Source of the DNA: Candidatus Kerfeldbacteria bacterium | Lineage (GTDB): Bacteria; Patescibacteriota; Patescibacteriia; UBA10025; JAHIVO01 | Assembly (NCBI GenBank): GCA_016214565.1 | Contig: JACROE010000002.1 | Location: 212,584 to 276,583, forward strand | Direction: 5' to 3' | Length of the DNA stretch: 64,000 nt | Part shown: one piece after another, positions 38,031 to 46,637 of the stretch | Numbering within the stretch: the first letter of the stretch is position 1 | Layout of the letters: every line of letters begins with the position of its first letter | Program-made: the position numbers and the translations under genes | Notes under the pieces: model-generated | The model's input: the letters and a program-made list of their open reading frames with translations, nothing else | What the model was told of the DNA's origin: nothing | The model's database searches: none

Positions 38031-40535
38031 ATGGATAATAAAATTACCGATAAATTTACCACCCACCTCAAAAACGCCCTGAAAAAGGCGCGAGAATTAA
38101 GCGCATCCATGGGCACGACTTTTATTAATCCCGAACATATCACCTACGGGCTGATCATGCAAAAAGGCAGTATCGCCGCCGAAATTCTCACAAAATCAGG
38201 ACTTACCCCGGAACGTATCCGTACGATCGTTCTAAAAAATAATAAGGGCGTACTTGATGATTCGCTCACAGCCAAGCCGGCGGCCACAGGCTCTTTTTCG
38301 GTGCATACGAAAAAAACCATCGAAAAAGCTGCTTTGATCGCCCATCATAACAACCATAAATATATCGGAACCGAGCACCTGCTGATGAGTCTAACGCAGA
38401 TCAATACTCCCGCTATGCTCGAGCTCTGGGAGCAAAATAAAGTTAACCTCAATAGTATTGAAGAGCAACTCGAAACTGTCATGCGCAGCACCTCGCGCTT
38501 CCCTGATTTAACCCAAATTTTTGAGCAAGCAAAAGAGGCTGAACAAGAAGAGAAAACGAAAGATGAATCAAAAACACCCGCACTTGATTTCTTCTCCACT
38601 GATCTGACCGACCCGAAACAACAGAAAAGTATTGATCCGGTCATCGGTCGCACAGACGAAATTAACCGTCTCATCCACATTCTTTCTCGCCGTACAAAAA
38701 ATAATCCCGTGTTAATCGGCGAGCCGGGCGTAGGTAAAACAGCCATTGTTGAAGGTTTAGCAAAAAAAATATTGCAGGGTGACGTACCCGATATGCTGCT
38801 CAATAAAAAAATCCTTCGACTTGATCTCAGCTTGGTAGTTGCAGGGACGATTTATCGTGGTGAATTTGAAGGACGTTTCAAACAAATTATTGACGAGATT
38901 AAGCGTGATCCAAATATCATCGTCTTTATTGACGAGCTCCATACCATTATCGGTACTGGTTCAGCCGCGGGCTCTATGGATGCAGCAAATATATTAAAAC
39001 CAGCCCTAGCAAAAGGAGAACTGAGAACCATTGGTGCCACCACGCTGGATGAATACCGCAAACACATCGAATCTGATCCAGCCCTTGAACGACGCTTTCA
39101 ACCTATTATTATTGAGGAGGCAAGCGCCGAAGAAACAATGGAGGTTTTGCGTGGCATCAAAGAAAACTACGAACGGTATCACCTGGTGCACATTTCCGAT
39201 GACGCTATCCGGGCAGCTGTAGAAATGAGCGCGCGCTACATTCAGGACAAATTCTTACCTGACAAAGCAATCGACTTGATCGACGAGGCTGCCTCAAAAA
39301 TCAAGATTTCCCAGAAGCGCGACGGTTTACTCAAAGAAATCCATCAAACAGAAAAAGAAATCAACCGAGTCCGTGAAGAAAAAAACACCCTAGTTAATAA
39401 GGAGAATTTTGAACGTGCCTTACAATATAAAGCGCAGGAAAATAAGTTGCTTGAGCGATTAGCCATCCTTCGCCAAAAACAATCCCAGTCCAACCTGCAA
39501 TTCGTGGGGAAAATAACGCGAACGGACATTGCCGAGGTCATTTCCCGGATGACAAAAATACCCCTCCAAGAACTGGTGGTAGAGGAAAAGGAAAGACTCC
39601 TAAACCTTGAAGAGGAACTGTCACAATCAATCATTGGCCAGGACGAAGCGATCAAAGCTATCGCCAATGCCATTCGCCGATCCCGCGTCGGCCTGGCTGA
39701 TCCAAATCGTCCGATTGCTTCATTTATGTTTCTCGGACCATCCGGCGTAGGGAAAACTGAGACGGCAAAAGTGCTAGCTCGCACGGTCTTCGAAGATGAG
39801 CACGCACTGATCCGCATCGACATGTCTGAATTTGCCGAAGGATTTAATATGTCCAAACTATTAGGCGCTCCGGCTGGATACGTTGGTTATAAAGAGGGTA
39901 ATAAACTTACCGAGCCCGTTCGCCGCAAACCATATTCAGTCGTACTCTTCGATGAGATTGAAAAAGCGCATCCGGAAGTTTTCAATGTATTGCTACAAAT
40001 CATGGAAGACGGCCATTTAACTGACGCCACGGGCCGACAAGTCAATTTCAAAAACACTATTGTCATCATGACGTCAAATATTGGATTGCAAAACCTGACG
40101 AAGGGCGCTGAGATTGGTTTTGCTGCTGACAGCCCCGCTGATAAAGCCGAAGCAGAGAAACAATATCAACATATTAAAGAGCGTGTCCTACAAGACTTAG
40201 AAAAAACGTTCCGTCCTGAATTATTGAACCGTATCGACAGTACTATTGTCTATCGCCCACTCACCAAAAAAACGATTGAAAAGATTGTCTCGCTTCACAT
40301 CGCTGCGCTCCAGGAAAAGCTGCGCGCCCAACAACTCACGGTCAATGTTACGAAGCGAGCGATTAAATTTATTGCGGAAAAAAGCTTCCAACCAAATCAA
40401 GGCGCCCGCGCCGTGCGTCGCCATATTCAGGAGCATATTGAAAATGTCATTGCCGAAAAGCTATTGTCCGGCACCCTCCACGCCGGCGAGCGTGTCAAAG
40501 TTACAGTTACGAATGGTGCCTTGACAGTGGGGTAG
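38031..40535 (+). CDS. clpC: ATP-dependent Clp protease ATP-binding subunit ClpC (class I AAA+, two NBDs, Clp_N repeats)
   Basis: Two Clp_N repeats at the N-terminus. NBD1 Walker A GEPGVGKTAIVEGLA. Short UVR-like middle domain. NBD2 Walker A GPSGVGKTETAKVLA and sensor motifs. 834 aa. Confidence 0.9.
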   Translation: MDNKITDKFTTHLKNALKKARELSASMGTTFINPEHITYGLIMQKGSIAAEILTKSGLTPERIRTIVLKNNKGVLDDSLTAKPAATGSFSVHTKKTIEKAALIAHHNNHKYIGTEHLLMSLTQINTPAMLELWEQNKVNLNSIEEQLETVMRSTSRFPDLTQIFEQAKEAEQEEKTKDESKTPALDFFSTDLTDPKQQKSIDPVIGRTDEINRLIHILSRRTKNNPVLIGEPGVGKTAIVEGLAKKILQGDVPDMLLNKKILRLDLSLVVAGTIYRGEFEGRFKQIIDEIKRDPNIIVFIDELHTIIGTGSAAGSMDAANILKPALAKGELRTIGATTLDEYRKHIESDPALERRFQPIIIEEASAEETMEVLRGIKENYERYHLVHISDDAIRAAVEMSARYIQDKFLPDKAIDLIDEAASKIKISQKRDGLLKEIHQTEKEINRVREEKNTLVNKENFERALQYKAQENKLLERLAILRQKQSQSNLQFVGKITRTDIAEVISRMTKIPLQELVVEEKERLLNLEEELSQSIIGQDEAIKAIANAIRRSRVGLADPNRPIASFMFLGPSGVGKTETAKVLARTVFEDEHALIRIDMSEFAEGFNMSKLLGAPAGYVGYKEGNKLTEPVRRKPYSVVLFDEIEKAHPEVFNVLLQIMEDGHLTDATGRQVNFKNTIVIMTSNIGLQNLTKGAEIGFAADSPADKAEAEKQYQHIKERVLQDLEKTFRPELLNRIDSTIVYRPLTKKTIEKIVSLHIAALQEKLRAQQLTVNVTKRAIKFIAEKSFQPNQGARAVRRHIQEHIENVIAEKLLSGTLHAGERVKVTVTNGALTVG

Positions 40536-40589
40536 TATTTTTTTATTCTATTTGGCAGATGGCCTTCCCTCCAAAACGGGAAGGTTTTT

Positions 40590-41258
40590 ATGTTTATTCA
40601 ATCATTGCTCAAAGAAATACTATCATTAATTTTTCCTCTCAATTGCCTTGGCTGCGGCCGAGAAGACACCTGGCTCTGTCCTACCTGTGTAGCACGTATT
40701 CCACGATCGGTTCATGCAGTGCCACATCGTCCACCCCTCGACGGTGTCTGGGCCATCACCCACTATGACAATCCAATCGTCAACGCCCTGCTACACTATC
40801 TCAAATATAATGGTGTTGCGACCGTACACATGCATCTAGGCGCTTTACTCGTAGAGTTATGCTCACACATTGACAATTCTTCCGTGCACACTATACTTCA
40901 TACTTCATCGATAATCCCAGTTCCTCTGCACCCCCGGCGATTGCGCGAACGTGGCTACAATCAATCGTTGTTACTTGCCCAGCATGTTGGGGATATGCGG
41001 CAGATACCAGTAGTTCCAGGCGCGCTGATCCGAAGCAAATATACAGTACCCCAAGCATCACTTGATCGCGCTGAGCGACTGCACAATATCGATGGCGCCT
41101 TTAGTATCGGACCGGACTTTAAAAAACTCAACAAAAATGTTATACTCGTAGACGATGTTGCCACTACTACGGCGACGCTCGCGGCCTGTGCCACGATCCT
41201 CAAAACCCACGGGACTCGCGCTGTTTGGGGGTTTGTCATCGCACATGGAAATCGTTGA
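40590..41258 (+). CDS. comFC: ComF family protein (ComFC-like; zinc finger plus phosphoribosyltransferase domain)
   Basis: N-terminal CLGCG...CPTC zinc ribbon. C-terminal PRTase motif VILVDDVATTTATL. 222 aa. Confidence 0.8.
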   Translation: MFIQSLLKEILSLIFPLNCLGCGREDTWLCPTCVARIPRSVHAVPHRPPLDGVWAITHYDNPIVNALLHYLKYNGVATVHMHLGALLVELCSHIDNSSVHTILHTSSIIPVPLHPRRLRERGYNQSLLLAQHVGDMRQIPVVPGALIRSKYTVPQASLDRAERLHNIDGAFSIGPDFKKLNKNVILVDDVATTTATLAACATILKTHGTRAVWGFVIAHGNR

Positions 41259-41292
41259 AATCACACTATTGAGTACCCATGGGGGATTCCGA

Positions 41293-41381
41293 GGAGAGTT
41301 GGCCGAGTGGCTTAAGGCAGCGGTTTGCTAAACCGCGGGGGTCTAAAAAGCCCCGCACAGGTTCGAATCCTGTACTCTCCG
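41293..41381 (+). tRNA. tRNA-Ser (anticodon GCT) with long variable arm
   Basis: Acceptor GGAGAGT/ACTCTCC plus discriminator G. Anticodon loop TTGCTAA. Long extra arm GGGGGTCTAAAAAGCCCC. T-loop GGTTCGAATCC. Confidence 0.85.
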
Positions 41382-41382
41382 A
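41364..41382 (+). repeat. Direct repeat copy 1 (19 bp, CGAATCCTGTACTCTCCGA), the 3' end of tRNA-Ser(GCT)
   Basis: Identical 19-mer recurs at 41535-41553. GAATTCTAT also recurs next to each copy. Confidence 0.8.
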
Positions 41383-41534
41383 AGTGAATTCTATGAACGA
41401 GGATGAGTAGCGAGCACACTGCTGTGCTCGCGACAGGATGAGAAAGCCGCAGCGATGCGCGAGTTTCCCGAAGAGAAGGCGAGCGCCGCGAGGCGGGGTC
41501 GACGAAGAATTCCGTCAGGAATTCTATCGGTGAC

Positions 41535-41553
41535 CGAATCCTGTACTCTCCGA
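41535..41553 (+). repeat. Direct repeat copy 2 (19 bp), duplicated tRNA-Ser 3' end 171 bp downstream of copy 1
   Basis: Perfect match to 41364-41382. The intervening 150 bp contains a perfect 9-bp-stem hairpin GCGAGCACA-CTGC-TGTGCTCGC (41412-41433). Confidence 0.8.
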
Positions 41554-41582
41554 CCTGATCAGTATTTCCAAAACAATGTCAT

Positions 41583-41669
41583 GGAGGCGTGCGAGAGTGG
41601 TTGAATCGGGCAGTCTTGAAAACTGCTAGGCCCGCAAGGGTCTCGGGGGTTCGAATCCCTCCGCCTCCG
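41583..41669 (+). tRNA. tRNA-Ser (anticodon TGA) with long variable arm
   Basis: Acceptor GGAGGCG/CGCCTCC plus G. Anticodon loop CTTGAAA. Extra arm GGCCCGCAAGGGTC. T-loop GGTTCGAATCC. Confidence 0.85.
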
Positions 41670-41703
41670 AATGAACAACAGCCCTAATAAATAAGCTACC
41701 ATT

Positions 41704-42216
41704 ATGAACGAAGAAGAGCTGAGCCCCTCAGTCAACAAGCCGAATCTGGGCGAAACAAGACTCAGGTGGGATTTCCCTGAGTATGTCCAATACCGTCGTG
41801 GTATGTGGTGGTACGTCATGGCTTTGATTATTATTATCGGTCTACTCATATATTCAATTGTTGCGAAAAATTACATATTCATGGTTCTGATTGTGCTGAC
41901 TGGATTTATTATATATTTTCGAGATCGTCGCGAACCCGCTGAATTATCAATCCAGATCAAAGAGCGAGGCATTCAACTAGGTGATCGCAACGCTTACCGC
42001 TGGGCTGACCTCAAGGCTTTTTGGATTATTTATGAACCGCCAGAAGTAAAAAACCTCTATCTTGATTTCAAAGGTTTGCGGCCAACTATGTCTATTTCGC
42101 TTGAAGATCAAAATCCGATAGAGGTACGAAACCTACTGGCAGGGCACCTGATCGAAGATACCGAACGTGAAAATGAATCATTCTCAGATGGTTTTGGCAG
42201 GATATTCAAGATATAA
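41704..42216 (+). CDS. Hypothetical membrane protein (170 aa, two TM helices)
   Basis: WWYVMALIIIIGLLIYSIVAKNYIFMVLIVLTGFIIYF, then a soluble C-terminal domain. No recognisable family. Confidence 0.55.
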   Translation: MNEEELSPSVNKPNLGETRLRWDFPEYVQYRRGMWWYVMALIIIIGLLIYSIVAKNYIFMVLIVLTGFIIYFRDRREPAELSIQIKERGIQLGDRNAYRWADLKAFWIIYEPPEVKNLYLDFKGLRPTMSISLEDQNPIEVRNLLAGHLIEDTERENESFSDGFGRIFKI

Positions 42217-42257
42217 ACCATTGCAGTAAAAAATTTCCCTACACTGTCCTCGTGCGC

Positions 42258-42329
42258 GCCCTCGTCGTTCAACGGATAGGACGCAAGATTGCGGATCTTG
42301 TAATCGTGGTTCGATTCCACGCGAGGGCA
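42258..42329 (+). tRNA. tRNA-Arg (anticodon parsed as GCG), flanked by a 14-bp inverted repeat
   Basis: Acceptor GCCCTCG/CGAGGGC plus A. D-stem GTTC/GGAC. Anticodon loop TTGCGGA. T-arm CGTGG-TTCGATT-CCACG. Flanks are CCTACACTGTCCTC (42240-53) and GAGGACAATGTAGG (42331-44). Confidence 0.7.
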
Positions 42330-42371
42330 TGAGGACAATGTAGGGAAGTACTAATAAATACTTAAACCAAT

Positions 42372-43103
42372 ATGACTGATCCTAAGAATCATTTACCCCA
42401 GAATGAAGATTTTGCTGCACCGCCGCCGCCCTGGGGAGATATTCGGGACACCACCCACCAGACACGCATTGATATTGGGTTCAAGGATCGCCAAACGTGG
42501 AAAAATGCTCCTGCAGTATTTGATGCACATACCCTCAAAATTTTTGGCCACCCGGTCATGGAAGATTGGGAAACACCCTACATGAAAGAGTTGGCAACCA
42601 TAGCAACAAAAAATGGCGGCGTAATCCTTGAACTCGGGTATGGCATGGGCATCTCGGCAAACTTTATTCAACAAGCTGCAATCCTCAAACATATTGTCAT
42701 CGAAGCAAACCACGAGGTAGCTGAAAAAGCACGTGAATTTGCGCATACTGCCCCACATCCCGTAGAGGTATTAGAAGGTCTCTGGGAAGAAGTTATTGAT
42801 CAAGTAGCGGATAATAGCATTGATGGAATTTTATTTGACACCTACCCATTATCTGAGCTTGAAATTCATAAAAATCATTTTGGATTTTTCAGAACAGCAT
42901 TTAAAAAATTAAAGTCGGGCGGAGTATTTACCTACTACTCTGATGAAATTGATGATTACCATCCTGTTCACCTAAAAAAATTGATTGCGGCAGGTTTTAA
43001 AAGAAAAGACATTAATGGTAGAGTAATCCCGATGCACCCACCGGCCGACTGTCAGTATTGGAAAGCGGATACCATGCTCGCGCCAATTGTAACCAAGGAG
43101 TAG
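42372..43103 (+). CDS. Guanidinoacetate N-methyltransferase (GAMT)-family class I SAM-dependent methyltransferase
   Basis: High similarity to animal GAMT as recalled from memory: IFGHPVMEDWETPYMKELA...GGVILELGYGMGISAN (motif I)...GLWEEV...DGILFDTYPLSE...LKSGGVFTYY...PPADCQYW...APIVTKE. Confidence 0.75.
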   Translation: MTDPKNHLPQNEDFAAPPPPWGDIRDTTHQTRIDIGFKDRQTWKNAPAVFDAHTLKIFGHPVMEDWETPYMKELATIATKNGGVILELGYGMGISANFIQQAAILKHIVIEANHEVAEKAREFAHTAPHPVEVLEGLWEEVIDQVADNSIDGILFDTYPLSELEIHKNHFGFFRTAFKKLKSGGVFTYYSDEIDDYHPVHLKKLIAAGFKRKDINGRVIPMHPPADCQYWKADTMLAPIVTKE

Positions 43104-43158
43104 AAACAAAAAGCACAAATAAAGTCTCGAGGGCACTGCTTTGTGCTACAATATACCC

Positions 43159-45225
43159 ATGCGCATTAGCATCAATACTCCCATTGGAGAATTACCTCGC
43201 GTTGGTCCCGCCCTCACCAAACGCCTCAATAAGCTCGGTATCACAACTGTAGCCGATTTATTATGGTACTATCCATTTCGCTACGAGGACTACAGCACCA
43301 TCACACCCATCGTAGATATTCATACCGACACAAAAGTAACGATTAAGGGGCAGGTGACGTTGATTGCCAATAAGCGAGTATTCCGTCGGCGCATGTTCAT
43401 CACCGAATGCATCATCACCGACGACACCGGCAGTATCAAAGCAGTTTGGTTTAACCAACCATTTATCACCAAGCTGCTGGCCCAAGGTGACCTCGCCTAT
43501 TTTTCTGGAACCGTTGAAATGACTAAATTTGGATTGCAACTAGTCGGTCCACAGTACGAAAAGATTAAAAAGGAACAAACCCATACCGCCCGGATTGTAC
43601 CGATGTACTCATTAACCGAACGCCTGACCGAGAAACAAATCAGGTTTTTGATTAAACTCGTCCTGCCATTGGCCGAACAGATCCCGGACTGGATGCCGGA
43701 ATCTTTGCGCCGTACCCATAAACTCATCCCCCTGCACCAGGCGCTGCGCGAAATTCATTTCCCAACTAATAAAAATACGCTGGTGCAAGCGCGGACGCGA
43801 CTCAAGATAAATGAGCTCCTCCTACTCCAGCTCCAATCGCGGCTGATCCGCGCCGCTCTCCAGAGCAAAACCGCGCCCGTGATACCATTTGACGAGACCC
43901 TAACTAAAACGTTTGTTGGCCGACTCCCCTTTACCCTCACCGACGACCAGCGCCGTGCCGCTTGGACTATTCTCCAGGATTTACAGAAAACCACGCCAAT
44001 GAATCGACTGCTCCAAGGCGATGTCGGTTCGGGAAAAACGGTGGTCGCGGCCATCGCTATGCTCAATGCCAGCCGAGCTCACTTCCAATCAGCCCTGATG
44101 GCACCCACGGAAATCCTCGCGCTCCAACATTACGCGACCATCACCACGATTATTGCACCAGAAGAAGCGCGGATTGCCCTGCTGACCCGCTCAAAAAAAA
44201 TGCTGCGAGGAAAACTTGCCACCAGCGCCACATTCAATCGCGCCATAGAGCAGCATGAAGTAGACATCTTGGTCGGAACGCATGCCCTGATCCAGGATAA
44301 GGTGAAATTCGCCCAACTGGGCTTCATAATTATTGATGAACAGCATCGGTTTGGTGTGGACCAGCGTAAACAGCTCAAACAAAAATCAGACTCAGGAACC
44401 ATACCGCACCTACTGTCCATGACCGCGACGCCAATTCCTCGATCACTAGCTCTGACGGTCTATGGCGATCTGGATGTCAGCACTATTACCCAGATGCCAC
44501 CCGGTCGCAAACCAATTATGACAAAAGTTGTGCCACCTGAAAAAAGAGAAGCGGCCAATGAATTTATTCGAAAAGAAATCAGCGCTGGACGACAAGCATT
44601 TGTCATTTGCCCGCTCATCGAAGAATCGGATAAGCTCGGGGTGAAAGCGGCAACGGACGAACACAAACGACTGCAACAAGACATCTTTCCTGAATTGCAG
44701 ATTGGCCTGCTCCATGGAAAAATGAACATTGAGGAAAAAGAACATGCTATGAACGACTTCAGTGCTGGCAAAACCAATATTCTGGTAGCAACTGCGGTAG
44801 TGGAGGTGGGTATCGACGTGCCCAATGCTTCGGTCATGGTGATTGAGGGCGCTGATCGATTTGGCCTCGCCCAGTTGCACCAGTTCCGCGGACGAGTAGG
44901 ACGGGCCGCTCATCAATCCTACTGTCTCGTCTTTACCGACGCCACTAACGATAAAGCGATCGAGCGGCTGACTGCACTGACCACGACCCAAAATGGATTT
45001 ATTCTTGCGGAAAAAGACCTCGAAATGCGAGGACCCGGTGAAGTATACGGTTTACGGCAGTCGGGTTTCCCTGAACTTAAAATTGCCACCCTGACCGACC
45101 TACCACTCATCATGCTCGCAAAATCAATGGCCGAGGAAATCCTGACTGATGACCCAGATTTGTCAAAAAATGAGCTGCTCGCGAAGCAGCTCAGACAATC
45201 CAGCCGATCAGTCCATCTCGAATAA
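43159..45225 (+). CDS. recG: ATP-dependent DNA helicase RecG
   Basis: N-terminal wedge/OB domain. Helicase motif I GDVGSGKTVVA. DEQHRFGV (motif II). Motifs III-VI present. The C-terminal region is typical of RecG. ORF track begins at 43141 (MCYNIPM...); Met at 43159 (MRISIN) is the likelier start. Confidence 0.85.
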   Translation: MRISINTPIGELPRVGPALTKRLNKLGITTVADLLWYYPFRYEDYSTITPIVDIHTDTKVTIKGQVTLIANKRVFRRRMFITECIITDDTGSIKAVWFNQPFITKLLAQGDLAYFSGTVEMTKFGLQLVGPQYEKIKKEQTHTARIVPMYSLTERLTEKQIRFLIKLVLPLAEQIPDWMPESLRRTHKLIPLHQALREIHFPTNKNTLVQARTRLKINELLLLQLQSRLIRAALQSKTAPVIPFDETLTKTFVGRLPFTLTDDQRRAAWTILQDLQKTTPMNRLLQGDVGSGKTVVAAIAMLNASRAHFQSALMAPTEILALQHYATITTIIAPEEARIALLTRSKKMLRGKLATSATFNRAIEQHEVDILVGTHALIQDKVKFAQLGFIIIDEQHRFGVDQRKQLKQKSDSGTIPHLLSMTATPIPRSLALTVYGDLDVSTITQMPPGRKPIMTKVVPPEKREAANEFIRKEISAGRQAFVICPLIEESDKLGVKAATDEHKRLQQDIFPELQIGLLHGKMNIEEKEHAMNDFSAGKTNILVATAVVEVGIDVPNASVMVIEGADRFGLAQLHQFRGRVGRAAHQSYCLVFTDATNDKAIERLTALTTTQNGFILAEKDLEMRGPGEVYGLRQSGFPELKIATLTDLPLIMLAKSMAEEILTDDPDLSKNELLAKQLRQSSRSVHLE

Positions 45226-46524
45226 CTACAGCACAATATTCCGAATCGCATCGCTGACCGATGACTCAGGGATGACTTGTAATCCCGCCGTAGCGCTCGC
45301 ATCACGCGTGGCGGGCATGACCACGTCGCGGAACCCCAGCTTGGCTGCCTCGGCTAAGCGCTTGTCCAACGTAGCGACTGATCGTATTTCTCCACCCAAG
45401 CCAACCTCTCCCAAGACAATCGTCTCTGGAGCAATGGCTTTATTTTTTAATGCTGAAGCTATGGCAATGCACACGGCCAGATCAACCGCTGGTTCATTGA
45501 CCCGGAAACCGCCGGCCACGCTGACATGGACATCTTGATTTCCCAGAAAGAGGCCTGCTTTCTTCATTAAAACTGCTATCAATACCTGCAAACGATTCAG
45601 ACTAAAACCAACTGCGCGACGCTGAGGGTAGCCAAAATTGGTGCGTGTAACCAACGCCTGTATTTCAACCAAAAACGCACGCGAGCCCTCAACAACGGCG
45701 GTCACGACTGACCCCGGTTGGCTCTTTGATCGTTCGGCGAGGAATAATGCAGAGGGATTCGTCACTTCATGTAACCCATCAGGATGCATGTCAAAAACTC
45801 CAATCTCATTGGTTGAACCAAAGCGGTTTTTCACTGCGCGCAATACCCGAAAGGCATGGTGGCGATCACCCTCAAGGTACAGCACGACATCAACCAAATG
45901 CTCCAGAGAACGAGGGCCAGCTACCGAACCTTCTTTCGTCACATGGCCAATCACAATGATAGGGATATTCAATTCTTTAGCCAGGGCAACCAACCGTCCA
46001 GTCGCGGCGCGCAATTGGCTAACACTTCCCGGCTCACTGGAAACGTCCGGCGTGGCCACGGTCTGAATAGAATCCAGAATGACCAGCCCCGGCGTATGCT
46101 GACGCACCGTACTTTCAATAATATCTAAATCTGTTTCGCCTAAAAATTTTAAGCCTGCCGCGCGCAGGCCCAAGCGCTCAAATCTCCCCTTGACCTGACT
46201 GCCGGATTCTTCGCCGGAAATATACAGTACTGTTTTATTCTGGTCGGCGATACGACCGCCGATCTGGAGTATCAAGGTCGATTTGCCAATCCCGGGATCG
46301 CCACCGAGTAAAATAACGCCGCCTAAAACAATGCCACCGCCTAAAACCCGATCAAATTCTGGCAATGCCGTTGAGAGCCGAACCGCATGCACATCGCTGA
46401 TTTCGGTCAGCGATTGGACAGTGCCTGCCGGAGCGCTCGATCCAGGCCGGGCAATCGATCGACGCACAGTCTGCACTTGCTGTTGTACTGTTCCCCATTG
46501 GCCGCACTCAGTACAACGCCCCAC
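45226..46524 (-). CDS. radA: DNA repair protein RadA/Sms
   Basis: N-terminal C4 zinc finger CTECGQWGTV. RecA-like Walker A GDPGIGKSTLILQ. KNRFG motif (AVKNRFGSTNEIG). C-terminal Lon-protease-like domain. 432 aa. Confidence 0.9.
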   Translation of the reverse strand: MGRCTECGQWGTVQQQVQTVRRSIARPGSSAPAGTVQSLTEISDVHAVRLSTALPEFDRVLGGGIVLGGVILLGGDPGIGKSTLILQIGGRIADQNKTVLYISGEESGSQVKGRFERLGLRAAGLKFLGETDLDIIESTVRQHTPGLVILDSIQTVATPDVSSEPGSVSQLRAATGRLVALAKELNIPIIVIGHVTKEGSVAGPRSLEHLVDVVLYLEGDRHHAFRVLRAVKNRFGSTNEIGVFDMHPDGLHEVTNPSALFLAERSKSQPGSVVTAVVEGSRAFLVEIQALVTRTNFGYPQRRAVGFSLNRLQVLIAVLMKKAGLFLGNQDVHVSVAGGFRVNEPAVDLAVCIAIASALKNKAIAPETIVLGEVGLGGEIRSVATLDKRLAEAAKLGFRDVVMPATRDASATAGLQVIPESSVSDAIRNIVL

Positions 46525-46637
46525 CCACTTGGGGAATTGCGCATCGCAATTTGAGCAGGAATAAATTGTTTTTATTTTAGGAATATGAAAAAAATACTGG
46601 ATTAGCTAGTACCATCATAACACAAGGTGGCGATGCC

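Noticed and set aside
40559-40768. 69-aa ORF overlapping the comF start in another frame
   Set aside because: The ComF frame beginning at 40590 gives the canonical zinc-ribbon N-terminus. The overlapping ORF has no support.
41382-41582. Possibility that the tRNA-Ser 3'-end duplication marks a tRNA intron or a split tRNA
   Set aside because: tRNA-Ser(GCU) at 41293-41381 is complete and folds canonically without the downstream copy. The second copy lacks any 5' half. An att-site relic or small ncRNA is more parsimonious.
43141-43158. RecG start at 43141 (MCYNIPM...) as given by the ORF track
   Set aside because: The Met at 43159 (MRISINTPIGELP...) matches the usual RecG N-terminus. The upstream six codons are probably not translated. 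This is a minor uncertainty.
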